10,852 nt of DNA, taken from IMG/VR virus record IMGVR_UViG_3300015155_000024. One strand, written 5' to 3'. This DNA is from a virus (taxonomy: Duplodnaviria; Heunggongvirae; Uroviricota; Caudoviricetes). A program made the position numbers and the translations under genes. The notes under the pieces are model-generated. The model did no database searches and had not been told where the DNA came from. It was given only the letters and a program-made list of their open reading frames with translations. Shown here piece by piece: positions 8,609-10,852 of the stretch (positions are counted from its first letter, which is position 1; each line of letters opens with the position of its first letter).

Positions 8609-9043
8609 ATGTCTGACGTCTCAACAAACCTCTATAAGAGTCAATTGTTGGACTATTACTATCAGCGGCGCGCTGAATCGTCCATTAACAAAGGCTCTCG
8701 ATTTTTAATCAGCAAGGCCGTTTTCGGTACCAGTTCACTGGTTACTAAGAAAGGAGATGGCACTTATGAGATTGGAGAACTGCCAAAGGCTTTCGATCTG
8801 GCAGAACTGACCAGTCAATTTTGCACCATCAACCTCGTCCCAACCTACTCAGGCGGGATAATTACTGTCCGAATGGACCTTGATCAAAGTCAGTTGCAGG
8901 AAGGGAAAAACTACCCATTCAACACTCTGGTTGTTCTGGATAACGAGAATAAGCCAATCGCCATTATTTGTGTCCAGGAAGACTCGCTGTATGTGGGCAA
9001 AACATATACCGCAGTTATGGCCATAAACTCGACTACAGCATAA
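8609..9043 (+). CDS. Hypothetical protein (144 aa) immediately upstream of the tail fiber gene; possible fiber-associated or adaptor protein
   Basis: ATG at 8609 with a weak SD (AGGGAA) 5 nt upstream; TAA stop at 9041-9043. Same strand, 11 nt before the fiber gene. No recognisable motif. Confidence 0.6.
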   Translation: MSDVSTNLYKSQLLDYYYQRRAESSINKGSRFLISKAVFGTSSLVTKKGDGTYEIGELPKAFDLAELTSQFCTINLVPTYSGGIITVRMDLDQSQLQEGKNYPFNTLVVLDNENKPIAIICVQEDSLYVGKTYTAVMAINSTTA

Positions 9044-9054
9044 GGATATGCTTG

Positions 9055-10852
9055 ATGAATGACGTTACAGTTGTTACATCGGTTACTTACCCATCACCCG
9101 AGTCGTTGGCTCTGGTGGCTGATGTGCAATACCACGAACCATATCTGTCAGCCGCTCTAAACCGAAAATTCAGGGGAATTGTTGACCCGGGATTTTATGC
9201 TGGTTTCTTGCCTAAGCCTGGCGGTGGGATGAACCTGTTAATCACCTCAGTGGATGGAGATAAAACCGCTGGCGCGGCGTCAGTGGATATTGGTGAATTC
9301 TACCAGGTAACTATTCAGCATCGTAAGGATATCTCTCTTGCACTTAACGCAGGCAAGAAATATGCAATTGTGCTGAAGGGAAGATACCTTCTTGGAGAAG
9401 ATACCTATCAGGTGAATACCGCGTCACATATTCATGCAGCTGAATTTGTTGCCAGAACCTATACCGATTCATATCAGTTAGGTGATGGGGAACTGCTGGT
9501 TTGTACGGTGAATATCCCTGCTGGCGTATCTACCATTACTCAAGAGATGATTGATACATCCGAGCGTATCAACCGCACGATCGGCATTGATATTTCAGAC
9601 TCTGTAACCAGTACCAGAAGTGATGTTGCTGCGAGTTCGCTGGCAGTTAAAAAAGCCTACGATCTGGCGAAAAGCAAGTATACGGCGCAGGATGCAAGCA
9701 CAACGCAAAAGGGATTAGTTCAGCTCAGTAGTGCCACTAACAGTACGTCCGAAGTGCTGGCCGCCACACCGAAAGCTGTCAAGGCTGCATATGACCTGGC
9801 TAACGGGAAGTATACAGCCCAGGATGCAACCACGACACAAAAAGGGATAGTTCAGCTCAGTAGCGACACCAACAGCACTTCTGAAACATTAGCTGCAACT
9901 CCAAAAGCGGTTAAAGCTGCATACGATCTAGCAGCCGGAAAGGCACCATCCAGTCATACACATCCCTGGAATCAGATCACTGGTGTGCCAACAGCTTCAT
10001 TGACAGCGAAAGGCATCACTCAGCTCAGTAGTGCCACTAACAGCACGTCTGAAGTGCTGGCCGCCACACCGAAAGCTGTCAAGTCTGTAAAAGATCTTGC
10101 TGATACCAAAGCGCCAATAGAAAGCCCGAGTCTGACAGGAACGCCAACCGCGCCGACGGCAGCGCAAGGTACAAACAGCACGCAGATCGCAAATACAGCC
10201 TTTGTTAAGGCAGCTATAACGGCACTTATCAACGGTGCACCTGGCACATTGGATACGCTGAAAGAAATAGCGGCTGCGATCAATAACGACCCGAATTTCA
10301 GCACAACTATCAACAATGCCTTGGCTCTCAAAGCGCCTTTGGCAAGCCCTGCATTAACGGGTGTCCCTACTGCGCCTACCGCTGCACAGGGTACGAATAA
10401 CACGCAGATTGCTACGACCGCTTATGTAAGAGCTGCCATATCCGCATTGGTTGGTTCATCACCAGAAGCTCTTGATACCCTGAATGAGCTTGCCGCAGCA
10501 CTTGGCAATGACCCGAACTTTGCGACAACAATGACAAATGCGCTGGCAGGCAAACAGCCTCTGGATGCAACTTTAACCGCTCTCGCTGCCCTTGCGACTG
10601 GTGCAAACAAACTGCCTTATTTCACTGGTAAGGATACGGTAGCTCAGACTGATTTAACGTCAGTCGGTCGCGATATTCTGGCTAAAACAAGCACACTGGC
10701 CGTTATCCAATACCTTGGTTTAAGAGAACTCGGTACCAGCGGTGAAAAGATCCCCCTGTTGAGCACGGCTAACACATGGAGTGCGCGCCAGACTTTCAAC
10801 GGAGGGATCACCGGGGCACTGACAGGGAACGCCGACACCGCGACGAAATTGA
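9055..10852 (+). CDS. Tail fiber protein, lambda Stf / P2 gpH family, 3'-truncated by the window end (at least 599 aa)
   Basis: ATG at 9055 preceded by AAGGA (9042-9046). I translated the frame by hand with no stop through 10852. Contains three copies of the hallmark fiber repeat xKGxxQLSSxTNSTSExLAATPKAVKxxxDLA, two collar-like units (KAP..SP.LTG.PTAPTAAQGTN.TQIA.TA.V.AAI ... L.TL.E.AAA..NDPNF) and the LTALA.LAT.ANKLPYFTG...VGRDILAK segment, all closely recalling lambda Stf. Not listed in the ORF track because it has no stop inside the window. Confidence 0.9.
   Translation, partial: MNDVTVVTSVTYPSPESLALVADVQYHEPYLSAALNRKFRGIVDPGFYAGFLPKPGGGMNLLITSVDGDKTAGAASVDIGEFYQVTIQHRKDISLALNAGKKYAIVLKGRYLLGEDTYQVNTASHIHAAEFVARTYTDSYQLGDGELLVCTVNIPAGVSTITQEMIDTSERINRTIGIDISDSVTSTRSDVAASSLAVKKAYDLAKSKYTAQDASTTQKGLVQLSSATNSTSEVLAATPKAVKAAYDLANGKYTAQDATTTQKGIVQLSSDTNSTSETLAATPKAVKAAYDLAAGKAPSSHTHPWNQITGVPTASLTAKGITQLSSATNSTSEVLAATPKAVKSVKDLADTKAPIESPSLTGTPTAPTAAQGTNSTQIANTAFVKAAITALINGAPGTLDTLKEIAAAINNDPNFSTTINNALALKAPLASPALTGVPTAPTAAQGTNNTQIATTAYVRAAISALVGSSPEALDTLNELAAALGNDPNFATTMTNALAGKQPLDATLTALAALATGANKLPYFTGKDTVAQTDLTSVGRDILAKTSTLAVIQYLGLRELGTSGEKIPLLSTANTWSARQTFNGGITGALTGNADTATKL
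9641..10110 (+). repeat. Three in-frame copies of the phage tail fiber repeat, with two near-identical 63-nt DNA copies
   Basis: Repeat cores start at 9721, about 9853 and 10021. Segments 9721-9783 and 10021-10083 differ at 2 of 63 positions and are exactly 300 nt apart; the middle copy is more diverged at the DNA level. Confidence 0.85.
10108..10560 (+). repeat. Two diverged 222-nt (74-aa) tandem units inside the tail fiber (collar-like repeats)
   Basis: Unit 1 begins KAPIESPSLTGTPTAPTAAQGTNSTQIANTAFVKAAI at 10108; unit 2 begins KAPLASPALTGVPTAPTAAQGTNNTQIATTAYVRAAI at 10330. Protein similarity is clear; DNA identity is only moderate, so the duplication is old. Confidence 0.8.

Noticed and set aside
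9641-10560. Possibility that the regular repeats represent a CRISPR array or a diversity-generating retroelement target
   Set aside because: The repeats are in-frame protein repeats of about 130 and 222 nt with no spacer/repeat structure, and no cas genes, reverse transcriptase or template repeat occur in the window.
10020-10610. Minus-strand ORFs (127, 64 and 62 aa) within the tail fiber gene
   Set aside because: They are antisense to the fiber coding frame, which is open throughout and matches a known family. They arise from the Ala/Thr-rich repeat codons (GCN/ACN) reading open on the reverse strand.

Overview
The window reads as a single, tightly packed, same-strand (+) late operon from a tailed-phage or prophage tail morphogenesis module, probably from an enterobacterial host (about 50% GC; the fiber repeats resemble the lambda Stf / P2 gpH family). 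Gene order: a 188-aa tail/neck-associated protein, a putative tail tube protein (203 aa), a 293-aa protein in the tail-assembly-chaperone position, a 1229-aa tape measure protein (TMP) with an embedded SLT-type lytic transglycosylase domain, three translationally coupled genes in the baseplate/tail-tip position (118, 477, 278 aa), a short gap with a GC-rich hairpin, a 144-aa ORF, and a large tail fiber gene that runs off the 3' end of the window. I see no rRNA, tRNA, CRISPR array, integrase, transposase or recognisable defence/toxin genes, and I cannot honestly point to a novel defence system here. The most unusual features are a diverged 297-nt in-frame tandem duplication in the TMP N-terminus, near-identical 63-nt direct repeats exactly 300 nt apart in the tail fiber, the absence of any sheath-sized ORF despite baseplate-wedge-like genes after the TMP, and a Cys-motif protein with a possible +1 frame extension in the chaperone slot. 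Family assignments other than the TMP SLT domain and the fiber repeats rest on size, synteny and weak motif recognition by eye, and need HHpred or structure-based confirmation.
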